Below, piece after piece: positions 1 to 8,543 of a stretch of 43,937 bases of DNA (its first letter is position 1; every line of letters begins with the position of its first letter). The notes under the pieces were generated by a model. It had not been told where the DNA came from and did no database searches. It saw nothing but the letters and a program-made list of their open reading frames with translations. Location: positions 1-43,937 of the forward strand of contig PWKM01000150.1 of the NCBI GenBank assembly GCA_003559755.1. Reading direction: 5' to 3'. Position numbers and translations under genes: made by a program. This DNA is from Planctomycetota bacterium. GTDB taxonomy: Bacteria > Planctomycetota > PUPC01.

Positions 1-17
1 GTGTGCTCTTCCGATCT
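1..17. other. Untrimmed Illumina TruSeq adapter tail at the contig end (technical artefact)
   Basis: Bases 1-17 read GTGTGCTCTTCCGATCT, identical to the 3' end of the TruSeq Read-2 adapter (GTGACTGGAGTTCAGACGTGTGCTCTTCCGATCT). Biological sequence starts at base 18. Confidence 0.85.
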
Positions 18-19
18 CC

Positions 20-463
20 CACGACGACATCGTGTGGAAACACGGCCCTGTCTTCCATCCCGACTGGTACCGGCGGTACATCTTCCCCCGCTACCGGACA
101 CTGTGGCGGATGCTGAAAGACGCGGGTAAGATCGTGCTGTTCTGTTCGGACGCGAATATGGATGCGTTCGTGGGCGATCTCGCCGATGCCGGGGCCGACG
201 GGTTCATCTGCGAGCCGCAGACCGACATGGCCCGGATTGTCGATCGGTACGGCCGGACGAAGGTGGTCATCGGGAACGTGGACACGCGGGTGTTGACTTT
301 CGGCACGAAGGCCGATATCGCCGCCGAGGTCGAGCGGTGCATCGAGCTGGGCCGCCGCTGTCCCGGCTATTTCATTGCCGTGGGAAACCACATCCCGCCG
401 AACGTCCCGGTCGATAACGCACTGACCTACCTGGATCTCATCCGCGACCGGCACCGGGACTAA
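20..463 (+). CDS. Uroporphyrinogen decarboxylase (URO-D)-family protein, C-terminal part; 5' end lost at contig end/adapter
   Basis: The frame is open from the first post-adapter codon (HDDIVWKHGPVFHPDWYRRYIFPRY...) to TAA at 461-463. The pattern (DAGADGF..., GNVDT..., GNHIPPNVP) fits the C-terminal half of the URO-D/MtaA-like TIM-barrel family. Confidence 0.7.
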   Translation, partial: HDDIVWKHGPVFHPDWYRRYIFPRYRTLWRMLKDAGKIVLFCSDANMDAFVGDLADAGADGFICEPQTDMARIVDRYGRTKVVIGNVDTRVLTFGTKADIAAEVERCIELGRRCPGYFIAVGNHIPPNVPVDNALTYLDLIRDRHRD

Positions 464-481
464 CTGGAGGAGGATGCTGAC

Positions 482-1189
482 TTGTTGAATGCTGTCGTGT
501 CGCTGATCTGTTCGCGGTTCTGTTCTTCGTTCGACATGCCGATATCAGCATTTGACATCCGGGCCGCGCTCGGGCCCGATCTGGCCGAGAAGGCGCCCGG
601 CGTACTGGCGGTGTTGGTCGGCGTGTTCCTGTGTTTCTGGGGGCGTCGGGCGCTGAAGCCCGCCCTCGGGCTGTTCGGGGCGCTCGTCGGCGGGTATGCC
701 GCTGCGGTCGGCGGGGCACACTTGTGGCCGGGCAACCAGGCGGCGGCCCTGTTCTGCGGGCTGCTCGGCGCCGTTCTCGGCGGGGTGCTGATGCTCATCG
801 CTTACATGCTCGGGGTGTTTGTGATCGGGGCCACACTGGGCGGGCTGATCGGGGCGACGGCCGCCATCCACGCGGGCGTCCACCTCCGCCTTGTGGTGGT
901 GGCGCTGCTCGCCGCGCTGGGCGGCATGCTCGCGCTCTTACTCGAGAAATACGTGATCATCACTGCTGCCGCACTGAACGGAGCGGCTCTCGTGGTGGGC
1001 GGGCTGTGGATGCTCGCCGCTCGCCTGACCCCGGCCGAGGCCTACCAACGATATCTTGCGGTCGGAGCAGAAGGGGGGCAGGAACTGAGCGGCCCGGCGG
1101 CCCTGCTCATCGCCGCCTGGATCGGCCTCGGCTGTCTGGGAATATGGATTCAGATATCGCTCGACGACGAACGCCCCACGGAGTCATAA
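482..1189 (+). CDS. Multi-pass Gly/Ala/Leu-rich membrane protein (DUF4203/TMEM198-like pattern)
   Basis: 235-aa ORF with about 6-7 hydrophobic helices. GGAGGAGG lies 9 nt upstream of TTG 482; ATG 536 is an alternative start. GC3-rich codon usage. Confidence 0.7.
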   Translation: MLNAVVSLICSRFCSSFDMPISAFDIRAALGPDLAEKAPGVLAVLVGVFLCFWGRRALKPALGLFGALVGGYAAAVGGAHLWPGNQAAALFCGLLGAVLGGVLMLIAYMLGVFVIGATLGGLIGATAAIHAGVHLRLVVVALLAALGGMLALLLEKYVIITAAALNGAALVVGGLWMLAARLTPAEAYQRYLAVGAEGGQELSGPAALLIAAWIGLGCLGIWIQISLDDERPTES

Positions 1190-1205
1190 CCGCCATCCGG
1201 CACGG

Positions 1206-4097
1206 TTGACACGCCCGCCGCCGCCCGGTCTAATGAATCATATTGGCCTGATCCCATCGAGGAGAACCGAAGTGCACATCGTCAGCCCCAAGGTTGTCAG
1301 CATACATACCGTCGACACCAGCAGCCCCGAGTCGATCATCGCTGCGATCATCGAGCCGGGCATGACCCCGGAAGAGAAGGCGATCGCGATCTGGCGCTTC
1401 TGCTGGGAACACACCTACCACTGGCCCGCGCCCCAGGAGAACGACCGCCGGCTGCACGAGTTCGACGTCGTGTACGACGTGCTCAAACAGTTGAACGTGT
1501 ACGGCTACACCTACTGCTTCGCCATCCGCTCGCTGGCTGAAGCCCTGTGGGAGGCGGCCGGGATGGAGGGCCGGTCGGGCGGCATCGGCGGACACGTGCA
1601 GGCCGAGGTCTATTACCAGGGCCGTTATCACCTGCTCGATCACGACCAACGGGGGTTCTCCCGCATGCCCGACGGGACCATCGCGTCGATGGCGGATTAC
1701 CGCGGCCGGCCCGAACTCGTCCTCGACCCGCCCAGGCCGAGTGAACCGTTCTTCCCCGCCGGCACCGCCCCCAGGGCGCCCTACGAGCAGAAACACATCT
1801 TCGCCGGATTCATGCTCAACCAGGACGTTCACTACCGCCAGTTCGACAAGTACCGGACGACCCACCCCATGCACCTCGGCCTTCGCCCGGGCGAGCGGTT
1901 CATCGGCTCGTGGGGCAACGTCGGCAAGTGGCAATGGTACCCCGCCGTGACAAACGAGTACAAGAAGAACAGCTACGGGGACCCGTGGACCGGCCCGCGC
2001 GACCCTTATGGCGATCTCTTCGACCAGGCAGCAAGTGACGAGGACGGCCGACCGCTCACCTTCGGCAACGGCCTGCTCATCTACCGGCCCGACCTGACCA
2101 GCGGGGCCAGGGACCTCGAAGACGGCGTCTGCCACAGCGAGAACATCGACAACGCCGGCCAGGGGTTCGGACCGGCGGAAACGAAACAGCCGGCCCGGGC
2201 CGACTTCCGCGTTCGGCTGCCCTACATCATCGTCGGCTGGCCGGGAGACATCGCCGCCGAGGAACCAAATATCACCGGGGCCGCCGTCGTCTCGGGCAGA
2301 TGCAGACGGCGAACCAGCGCCGACCGCATCAATCTCCTGCTCTCGACGGACGAGGGCACGACGTGGAAGACGGTGTGGAAGGCATCGGAGACCGGCGAGT
2401 TCGACTTCGCCGTCGATCTCTCCCGACACGTCGCTGGCCTGTACGGATATCGGGTCCGGCTCGAACTCGCCTCGGTCCGACAGCCGGGCGATGCCCGCAT
2501 CCTCGACCTCGGCATGGATACCGCCTGCCAACTCAACCCCAAGACCCTGCCCGCCGTCCGGCCCGGCCGGAACGAGATGACCGTCTCGCTGCAGCCCGGC
2601 CCGGACGTTTACGAGGAGACGATCCAATACACCGGCACGCTGAAACAGGCGCACGATCGGCTCGTCCGGAAGATGCGCGGGCTGCGGCACCAGACCGGCC
2701 GGAGCGCGGCACTGTGCCCCGACCCCGGCAAGAGCGGGCACGTCGTCTATGAGATGGCGGCGCCGGAGGGCGAACAGGTGGCCTGGGCCAAGGTCGGTGG
2801 CGCCTTCCGCTCCTCCCGAAGCCCGATCCCGGAAGAGCAATTCCGCATCTACTACGCCGTTGACAAGCCGACGGACTGGACCCTGCTCGATGATGTTGAC
2901 CCGGCACCGTACCTCGGCCATTGGTGCTTCGAGACGAACCACGACATCCCACTCACCGGACCGGGGCGGCGGGTGTTCGTGAAATTCGAGTTGGCCCGGG
3001 GCCAACAGGACGGCGGGAAGCTCTGTGAAGTCCGGCTCGCGTGGGGCTGCCAGTCCGGACAGAACCGTGCACCGAGAGGCGGGCTGCAAATCACGCACCG
3101 ATGGCGGCAGGGCAGGAAGCAGCTCGACCACACCGGGCTGGTCACACGGAAGAACCAGACGTACCGGTTCGACGTGGCCGATCAAAAGGTCCGAAACCAG
3201 TCGCTCATCCTGGAATGGGCGGCGCGCCCGCCGGTATGCGACGGGCCGCACCCGCTGATGTCCACCCCGCCCGAAGTCCAACAGCGGGAGATTCGAGAGC
3301 TCGAGAAGATCGAGGCGATGTGGGATGGCATCAAGAGACTGGACCGCGACCCGACCATCGAGACGGTCACCGACATCATCTGGAACTCGAAGGGCGACTG
3401 GGTGCGGGACAGCGGCATCGCGGCGATGATCGCGATCGGCGGAGACGCCGCCCGCCGCGAGCTGAAAAAGGCGATGAAGAAAAAACGGAAATGGGCGAGA
3501 GGGCTGTACCTCGAACTGCTCGTCCGCGAGGGCCCGACGGCCGATCTCGTCGCCGAGTTCGAGAAAGCGGCCGGCGACGAGCGAGCGAAAATCGCCGGAC
3601 TGCTCGCCCTGCGGAACGATCCAGCCGCACTGCCCGCTCTACGGAAGGCCATCGAAAGCGAGCGAAACAAGGAAACCCTCGCGGCTGAGCTCGACGCCCT
3701 GGTGCGGATCGGTGGGCCGGACGTCGCCGAGAACGCTGTCGCCCGGCGGAAGGACTGCGACACCGCCGGCCGAATTCGCGTGGACGCCGCCCTGGCAAAG
3801 GCCGGCGTGGCCGAGGGCGTCTCCGGCCTGACCCGGATGATCGACAATCGGAACCGATATGTCCGATATCGAGCCGCTTCCGGCCTGGCAGAATGCGGCC
3901 GGCAGGAAGCCGAGCCCGGACTGATACAGGCCCTGTCCGACGAATCCCGGTGGGTAAGGCAGGCGGCGACGGCCGGGCTGGGCCGCATCGGCTCACGGAA
4001 GGCGCTGCCCGCGCTCCGCCGTGTCCTCAAATCCGACCCGTACGCCTATCTCCGCGCCGAGGCGGACTGGGCAATCGAGCGGATCGGCGAACGTTAA
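1206..4097 (+). CDS. Large protein with a transglutaminase-like Cys-His-Asp core (N-terminal) and C-terminal HEAT/PBS-lyase-type repeats
   Basis: YGYTYCFAIRS ... GGHVQAEVYY ... HLLDHD matches the C/H/D spacing of transglutaminase-like cysteine-protease folds. The C-terminus has repeated HEAT-like units (DESRWVRQAATAGLGRIGSRKALPALRRVLKSD...). The true start may be GTG 1272, preceded by GAGGAG at 1258-1263. Confidence 0.75.
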   Translation: MTRPPPPGLMNHIGLIPSRRTEVHIVSPKVVSIHTVDTSSPESIIAAIIEPGMTPEEKAIAIWRFCWEHTYHWPAPQENDRRLHEFDVVYDVLKQLNVYGYTYCFAIRSLAEALWEAAGMEGRSGGIGGHVQAEVYYQGRYHLLDHDQRGFSRMPDGTIASMADYRGRPELVLDPPRPSEPFFPAGTAPRAPYEQKHIFAGFMLNQDVHYRQFDKYRTTHPMHLGLRPGERFIGSWGNVGKWQWYPAVTNEYKKNSYGDPWTGPRDPYGDLFDQAASDEDGRPLTFGNGLLIYRPDLTSGARDLEDGVCHSENIDNAGQGFGPAETKQPARADFRVRLPYIIVGWPGDIAAEEPNITGAAVVSGRCRRRTSADRINLLLSTDEGTTWKTVWKASETGEFDFAVDLSRHVAGLYGYRVRLELASVRQPGDARILDLGMDTACQLNPKTLPAVRPGRNEMTVSLQPGPDVYEETIQYTGTLKQAHDRLVRKMRGLRHQTGRSAALCPDPGKSGHVVYEMAAPEGEQVAWAKVGGAFRSSRSPIPEEQFRIYYAVDKPTDWTLLDDVDPAPYLGHWCFETNHDIPLTGPGRRVFVKFELARGQQDGGKLCEVRLAWGCQSGQNRAPRGGLQITHRWRQGRKQLDHTGLVTRKNQTYRFDVADQKVRNQSLILEWAARPPVCDGPHPLMSTPPEVQQREIRELEKIEAMWDGIKRLDRDPTIETVTDIIWNSKGDWVRDSGIAAMIAIGGDAARRELKKAMKKKRKWARGLYLELLVREGPTADLVAEFEKAAGDERAKIAGLLALRNDPAALPALRKAIESERNKETLAAELDALVRIGGPDVAENAVARRKDCDTAGRIRVDAALAKAGVAEGVSGLTRMIDNRNRYVRYRAASGLAECGRQEAEPGLIQALSDESRWVRQAATAGLGRIGSRKALPALRRVLKSDPYAYLRAEADWAIERIGER

Positions 4098-4181
4098 ACC
4101 GCTGTCCCGAAACGGCTCCCGAACAGCGAGCACAGGGGGCGTCCGCGAGCAGGCGCCCCGATCTCCAGCCAGCCGCTCATC

Positions 4182-4209
4182 TTGCATTTTTACGGTGCCC
4201 TTCTAGAAT
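4182..4209 (+). promoter_or_regulatory. Candidate sigma-70 promoter for serS (TTGCAT-N16-TAGAAT)
   Basis: TTGCAT at 4182-4187, 16-nt spacer, TAGAAT at 4204-4209, 38 nt upstream of the serS ATG. Confidence 0.4.
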
Positions 4210-4247
4210 ACAGGTAGACAAGGACTTCGTTCGATTGGATAACGCGT

Positions 4248-5528
4248 ATGCTTGATATGAACCTCATCCGCGAGGCGCCCGACAAGGTCGCCCGTGCGGC
4301 GGAAAACAAGGGCGAACCGGTAGAAATCGAGGCCTTCCTCGCTATTGACGAGGAGCGCCGCCGCTTGATCCAGGAGGTGGAAGACCTCCGTCGTCAGCGC
4401 AACGTCAACTCGGACAAGGTCGCCGAGCTCAAGCGGTCCGGCGAAGACGCCGCCGACCTGATCGCGCAGACACGGAGCATCTCGGACAAGATCGGGGGGA
4501 TCGAGGACGTGCTTTCGGACGTGGAAGACCGCGCCCATCGGCTGGCCCTCACCTTTCCCAACATCCCGGCCGACGACGTGCCCGTCGGGCGCACCGAGAA
4601 GGCAAACGCCGAGGTCAAGCGTTTCGGCGACCGGGCCGAGTTCGACTTCGAGCCGAAGCCCCACTGGGATATCGCCCGGGAGCTGGACATCATCGACTTC
4701 GAGTCGGGGACCCGGATCGCCGGGCCGTTCTTCGCCGTCTATAAAGGGGCCGGCGCACGCCTGGAACGCGCCCTGATCCAGTTCATGCTCGACCTTCACG
4801 TCAACGAACACGGATACACCGAGGTCTCCACCCCGTTTCTGGCCAACCGGGCCGCGACCACAGGCACCGGGCAACTGCCGAAGCTCGAGGACGACATGTA
4901 CCGGTGCGATGTCGACGACCTGTTCCTCATCCCGACCGCCGAGGTGCCGGTGACCAACATCCACCGCGAGCAGGTGCTCGATGCCGACGACCTGCCCATC
5001 AAGTACACCGCCTACAGCCCATGCTTCCGCCGCGAGGCGGGCAGCTACGGGCGCGACACCCGCGGGCTGATGCGCATCCACCAGTTCGACAAGGTCGAGA
5101 TGGTGAACTTCGTCCGGCCCGAGGAATCGCGGGACCGGCTGGCGACACTCCTCGGCGAGGCCGAGCAAGTGCTCAAGCGGCTGGGCATCGAGTATCGGGT
5201 GCTGAAACTGTGTACCGGCGAGCTGAGCTTCGCCGCCGCCGAATGCTACGACATCGAAATCTGGGCGCCGGGAATCAAACGGTGGCTCGAGGTCTCATCG
5301 TGCAGCAATTTCACCGACTTCCAGGCACGCCGGGCCGACATACGGTTCCGGGAAAAGGGGGGGAAGCCCCAGTATGTGCATACGCTGAACGGATCGGGCG
5401 TCGCTCTCGCCCGGCTTGTCCTGACCATCATCGAGCAGTACCAGACCGCAGACGGCTGCGTCCGGGTGCCCGAGCCGGTCCGCCCCTACATGGGCGGGCA
5501 CGAACTCATCGGCCCGGCCGGAGAGTAA
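4248..5528 (+). CDS. serS: Seryl-tRNA synthetase
   Basis: 426 aa. N-terminal coiled-coil arm (MLDMNLIREAPDKV...EERRRLIQEVEDLRRQRN) and class-II core motifs (FRREAGSYGRDTRGLMRIHQFDKVE, GSGVALARLVLTIIEQYQ). Confidence 0.95.
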   Translation: MLDMNLIREAPDKVARAAENKGEPVEIEAFLAIDEERRRLIQEVEDLRRQRNVNSDKVAELKRSGEDAADLIAQTRSISDKIGGIEDVLSDVEDRAHRLALTFPNIPADDVPVGRTEKANAEVKRFGDRAEFDFEPKPHWDIARELDIIDFESGTRIAGPFFAVYKGAGARLERALIQFMLDLHVNEHGYTEVSTPFLANRAATTGTGQLPKLEDDMYRCDVDDLFLIPTAEVPVTNIHREQVLDADDLPIKYTAYSPCFRREAGSYGRDTRGLMRIHQFDKVEMVNFVRPEESRDRLATLLGEAEQVLKRLGIEYRVLKLCTGELSFAAAECYDIEIWAPGIKRWLEVSSCSNFTDFQARRADIRFREKGGKPQYVHTLNGSGVALARLVLTIIEQYQTADGCVRVPEPVRPYMGGHELIGPAGE

Positions 5529-5571
5529 CTCCGACCGGACCGGGCATGCTTCCGGCCGAGAGTGACAACCA

Positions 5572-6384
5572 ATGCTTGACATATCAAAGCTTGCACTTAA
5601 GGGCATAAAATACTCGCTGATATTTGCCCTGCCGTTCATGCTCCTCGTATATGTGTACGGCCGCCCCCCGGTGGAATGGCACTACTACACACTCGCCTTC
5701 GAGCGGGATGTGACCGCCGAGGAGCGTGACCAGACACTCGGGCTGCTCCGGGCGCGCCTCGGTGAGCTGACTCATCCCTCGTGGGAGGCATGGATCAAGC
5801 CCAACATCGATGGCACACTGACCCTCGCCTACCAGAAGCGAGGCGGGCCCGGCGAACTCGCCGGGCTGATCATTCCACAGGGAAAAACCGAGTTCCGGTT
5901 CATGTACCACGACCAGAGGGAGGCGCCCGACGCCCAGCAACACGGCCCGCCCGACGGCTACGTCGTGATGGAATACCTCGAAACCTGCTTCCGATACGAC
6001 GAGGAGACCGGCAAGCCGGTCATGAGGTTGATCCCCTGCATCGTCGAAGACCAGCCGATCCTGCAGCCGACCGGCTTCCGCGAGGTGTCGTTCTGGACGG
6101 AAGGATTCATCCGGGAGAGCCACCTGCGGTTCGAATTCCACCCGGAGGATACGGAACGGCTGGTGGAGGCACAGGCGAGAAGGCCGGACGCCCCCGTCGC
6201 TCTCATCGTCGACGGGTACATCCGCGTCGGATACCGCTGCCTGGGCCCGATCGAGACCGGGGGACTGGAGACGATCGGGCTGCTGGACAACGAGCCCATC
6301 GAGCAGATGGCGGTCGCCCTGCGGCACGGCCCGCTGCCCGCGCCGCTGACCATCACCGAATATACGACACTCGGCCCCGAGTAA
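5572..6384 (+). CDS. Membrane-anchored protein with a SecD periplasmic (P1-head)-like domain
   Basis: N-terminal TM (YSLIFALPFMLLVYVY). The C-terminal segment PVALIVDGYIRVGYRCLGPIETGGLETIGLLDNEPIEQMAVALRHGPLPAPLTI resembles the SecD motif (vLDg.v.saP.i...I.gG...I.G.f...eA..LA..L..GaLPapl). It lacks the 6/12-TM translocase body. Confidence 0.6.
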   Translation: MLDISKLALKGIKYSLIFALPFMLLVYVYGRPPVEWHYYTLAFERDVTAEERDQTLGLLRARLGELTHPSWEAWIKPNIDGTLTLAYQKRGGPGELAGLIIPQGKTEFRFMYHDQREAPDAQQHGPPDGYVVMEYLETCFRYDEETGKPVMRLIPCIVEDQPILQPTGFREVSFWTEGFIRESHLRFEFHPEDTERLVEAQARRPDAPVALIVDGYIRVGYRCLGPIETGGLETIGLLDNEPIEQMAVALRHGPLPAPLTITEYTTLGPE

Positions 6385-6465
6385 GCGCCTGCACCGGTCG
6401 GCCGCAGGGTATCGCGGCAAGCATCGTCCATCCATCGCGCCCGGGGTACAATCGCCCGTCGTTCG

Positions 6466-8199
6466 TCACCGCCTGCGACGCCGCTTCACAATCACCAGCC
6501 CGAACGCCAGCAGGGTGAGCGAGCCCGGTTCGGGGATGATGAGATGAACCGGCGGCGGGTCCATAATGCCCGCCTCTCCCCACCAGGCCAGTGCGAAGTC
6601 CGCACTGTCGATCTCGCCGAAGATGTTCTCGGAATAGGCGACGCGGAGCCCGTAGAGGCCGGTTGTCGGGAGGTCGAAGACGAGGTGCTCGACGGGAGTG
6701 TAGGTGTCGATCGACTCGGCATAGAGGGTGCTGAATTCGCTGTCCCAGACCTGGAGATCAAGGTTGGCGAATCCGGCCTCAAGCACAGAGACGGTGTCGT
6801 CATCCTCAATATAGTTCCGTTCGCGGAACCAGGTGAGTGTGGCCCGGAACTCGGAACCGGCGGCGAGCGGGGTGCTGATCACCACGTCGGTGGTATCGCC
6901 CAGATCGACCCGGGCGAAATCCCAGCCGATGACTTCGCTGGTCGTGCCCCCGTCCATCCCCTCGATGTCCGTCTGTCCGGTCAGGTATTGCGTGTAGGTA
7001 CGGCCGAGGTCGAGCGCTCCGGCTCCGTAGGTGAAGTGAAGCGCCTGCTCGGGATCCGCCACGTTGTTTCCGTTGGCATTATCGTAATAATCGTCGGGCT
7101 TCCAGGCGGCGTTGAGCAGGTTCGCCTTGATGACGCGGGCGTCGTGTGCGGCATCGGGGAGGTCCATCTGCCGGGCGGCGTCGTGCATCAGCGCCACGCC
7201 GCCGGCGACGATCGGCGCGGAATAGCTCGTACCGCTGAGCGGGGATGCGTAGAGGTTTGTGGCTCCGGGGTTGTCTACGTCATAGTGGGCAGACACCAGG
7301 TTTGTGCCCGGTGCGACAATATCGACCGCCCCGCGTCGGGCGACTCCGGCAGCTATGGTTCCGTTAACCGGATCCCAGTAGGCCTGTGGGCCGCGGCTGC
7401 TGAACTCGGCGATGGCGTCGTAATTGTTGTCCCCATCGTTCTGGAGAGCCCCGACGGTGATATTATTGTAACCGGAGCCGGGGGACAGGACCGTGTTCGT
7501 GCCGGGGCCGCTGTTCCCGGCTGCCACAACGAAGGTGGTGCCGGGGTTGTCATAAGCGAGAGCGTCGGGTATTTGTGCGGTCCAATGATCTCCGGAGGGG
7601 TGCGTCGCCCCCCAACTGGCGTTGATCACGTCGGCCGTCCCGAATCCGGATTCGGTCGAGCTCAATGCGTAGGCGAGCGTGGCCACCGAGAGGTTGAAGG
7701 TGGTGCCGCCTCCCCACCCACTGGTGGCGATTGCGGCAGACCGCAGGTCGGTTTCGGGAGCGATCCCCTCCTGATGAACCCCGCCGCCCTGGGTCTGTCG
7801 TCCGCCGATCATCATGCCGACCTGTGTGGCATGGCGGTGCGGGTCGGCATAGGCATCGTCGGGATGATTGGTAAAACTGGTCACGTGAGTCAGCGTCTCG
7901 TGCTCGCCCCAGATATGGCCGGCCTCGATGTTCGAACTGACCGTGCCGGACCCATCGAAGCCGCTGTTGTGGAACACATCCGCACCGATGATCTCCGCGA
8001 CGTTCGCTCCTGTGAGCGCCGTCGGGATATTCGTATTAAGATGAAGTTGAGCTCCAGCTTCCTCCGTCGTGCTCCAGGTGTACGTCCACACCCCAGCGTC
8101 CGACGACGGAACCGCCGGTCCCGCGTGTGTTGCGACAGACAGACCCGCACCAACGACCAACAGCGAAACCAGGCCAACAACAAACCCTCGCAATTTCAT
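6466..8199 (-). CDS. Secreted subtilisin-like serine protease (peptidase S8) with a C-terminal PEP-CTERM sorting signal
   Basis: Signal peptide MKLRGFVVGLVSLLVVGAGLSVA. The His block is HATQVGMMIGG and the Ser block is SGTSYSAPIVAGGVALM. The C-terminus IIPEPGSLTLLAFGLVIVKRRRRR is PEP motif plus TM plus Arg cluster. AAGGAG lies 8 nt upstream of the ATG. Confidence 0.9.
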   Translation of the reverse strand: MKLRGFVVGLVSLLVVGAGLSVATHAGPAVPSSDAGVWTYTWSTTEEAGAQLHLNTNIPTALTGANVAEIIGADVFHNSGFDGSGTVSSNIEAGHIWGEHETLTHVTSFTNHPDDAYADPHRHATQVGMMIGGRQTQGGGVHQEGIAPETDLRSAAIATSGWGGGTTFNLSVATLAYALSSTESGFGTADVINASWGATHPSGDHWTAQIPDALAYDNPGTTFVVAAGNSGPGTNTVLSPGSGYNNITVGALQNDGDNNYDAIAEFSSRGPQAYWDPVNGTIAAGVARRGAVDIVAPGTNLVSAHYDVDNPGATNLYASPLSGTSYSAPIVAGGVALMHDAARQMDLPDAAHDARVIKANLLNAAWKPDDYYDNANGNNVADPEQALHFTYGAGALDLGRTYTQYLTGQTDIEGMDGGTTSEVIGWDFARVDLGDTTDVVISTPLAAGSEFRATLTWFRERNYIEDDDTVSVLEAGFANLDLQVWDSEFSTLYAESIDTYTPVEHLVFDLPTTGLYGLRVAYSENIFGEIDSADFALAWWGEAGIMDPPPVHLIIPEPGSLTLLAFGLVIVKRRRRR

Positions 8200-8249
8200 C
8201 CTCGCTTCTCCTTAAATCAAAATACCTGTGTACGTCATGATGGAAAATA

Positions 8250-8267
8250 CTGCGAATAACGTGCCAA
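8250..8267 (-). promoter_or_regulatory. Candidate sigma-54 (-24/-12) promoter upstream of the PEP-CTERM protease gene
   Basis: The minus strand reads TTGGCACGTTATTCGCAG. TGGCACG is a perfect -24 element, the GG-N10-GC spacing is correct, and the -12 element is TCGCA versus consensus TTGCA. It lies about 50 nt upstream of ATG 8199. Confidence 0.35.
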
Positions 8268-8374
8268 AGACTTCGAATGCCCCCTTTTTTTTTGAGAATA
8301 TAACGCTAGTCATTATACTCCAGGAGGTTGCGTTTCCAGAATTCTAACCGGACATCCTGGCCATCGCGATGCCC

Positions 8375-8394
8375 ATGTTGTTTTTTGGCAACAT
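8375..8394. promoter_or_regulatory. Inverted repeat ATGTTG-N8-CAACAT (candidate regulator binding site)
   Basis: The arms are the same hexamers as in the 8461-8487 palindrome but in the opposite arrangement. It lies in the AT-rich intergenic island. Confidence 0.3.
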
Positions 8395-8460
8395 CAATGA
8401 TGTCCGAAACGCCGATATATGCCATAAGACCTTGCCATGAAAAGAGTTATGAATGGTGTA

Positions 8461-8487
8461 TTTTGGCAACATGGCATGTTGCCAAAA
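8461..8487. promoter_or_regulatory. Perfect 13+1+13 palindrome TTTTGGCAACATG-G-CATGTTGCCAAAA (candidate operator / enhancer-binding-protein site)
   Basis: Read directly from the sequence. GGCAACAT occurs three times in the island (8387-8394, 8465-8472, and reverse complement at 8476-8483). The palindrome is about 210 bp upstream of the sigma-54-like promoter. Confidence 0.4.
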
Positions 8488-8543
8488 CTCACCAGATGCA
8501 GGAAAAATTACCTCCCCCGGCCATTTTCCGAACGGCGAGTTCT

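Noticed and set aside
1230-3281. 683-aa minus-strand ORF, and similar long antisense ORFs (4203-5168, 5584-6435, 6544-8259, 13258-14541, 15185-16708, 19907-21733, 32439-33809, 34959-35969)
   Set aside because: Each lies antisense to a gene with recognisable domains (TGase/HEAT, serS, S8 protease, TPR, vWA, purM/trpF, secretin and others). Their products are Arg/Gly/Pro-rich and low-complexity, so I treat them as shadow ORFs.
8461-8487. The palindrome as an intrinsic terminator for the GNAT gene
   Set aside because: It has a 1-nt loop and is flanked by TTTT on the 5' side and AAAA on the 3' side on both strands, so neither transcript would have a U-tract after the stem. The TGGCA within it also does not have sigma-54 -24/-12 spacing. 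An operator or UAS role fits better.
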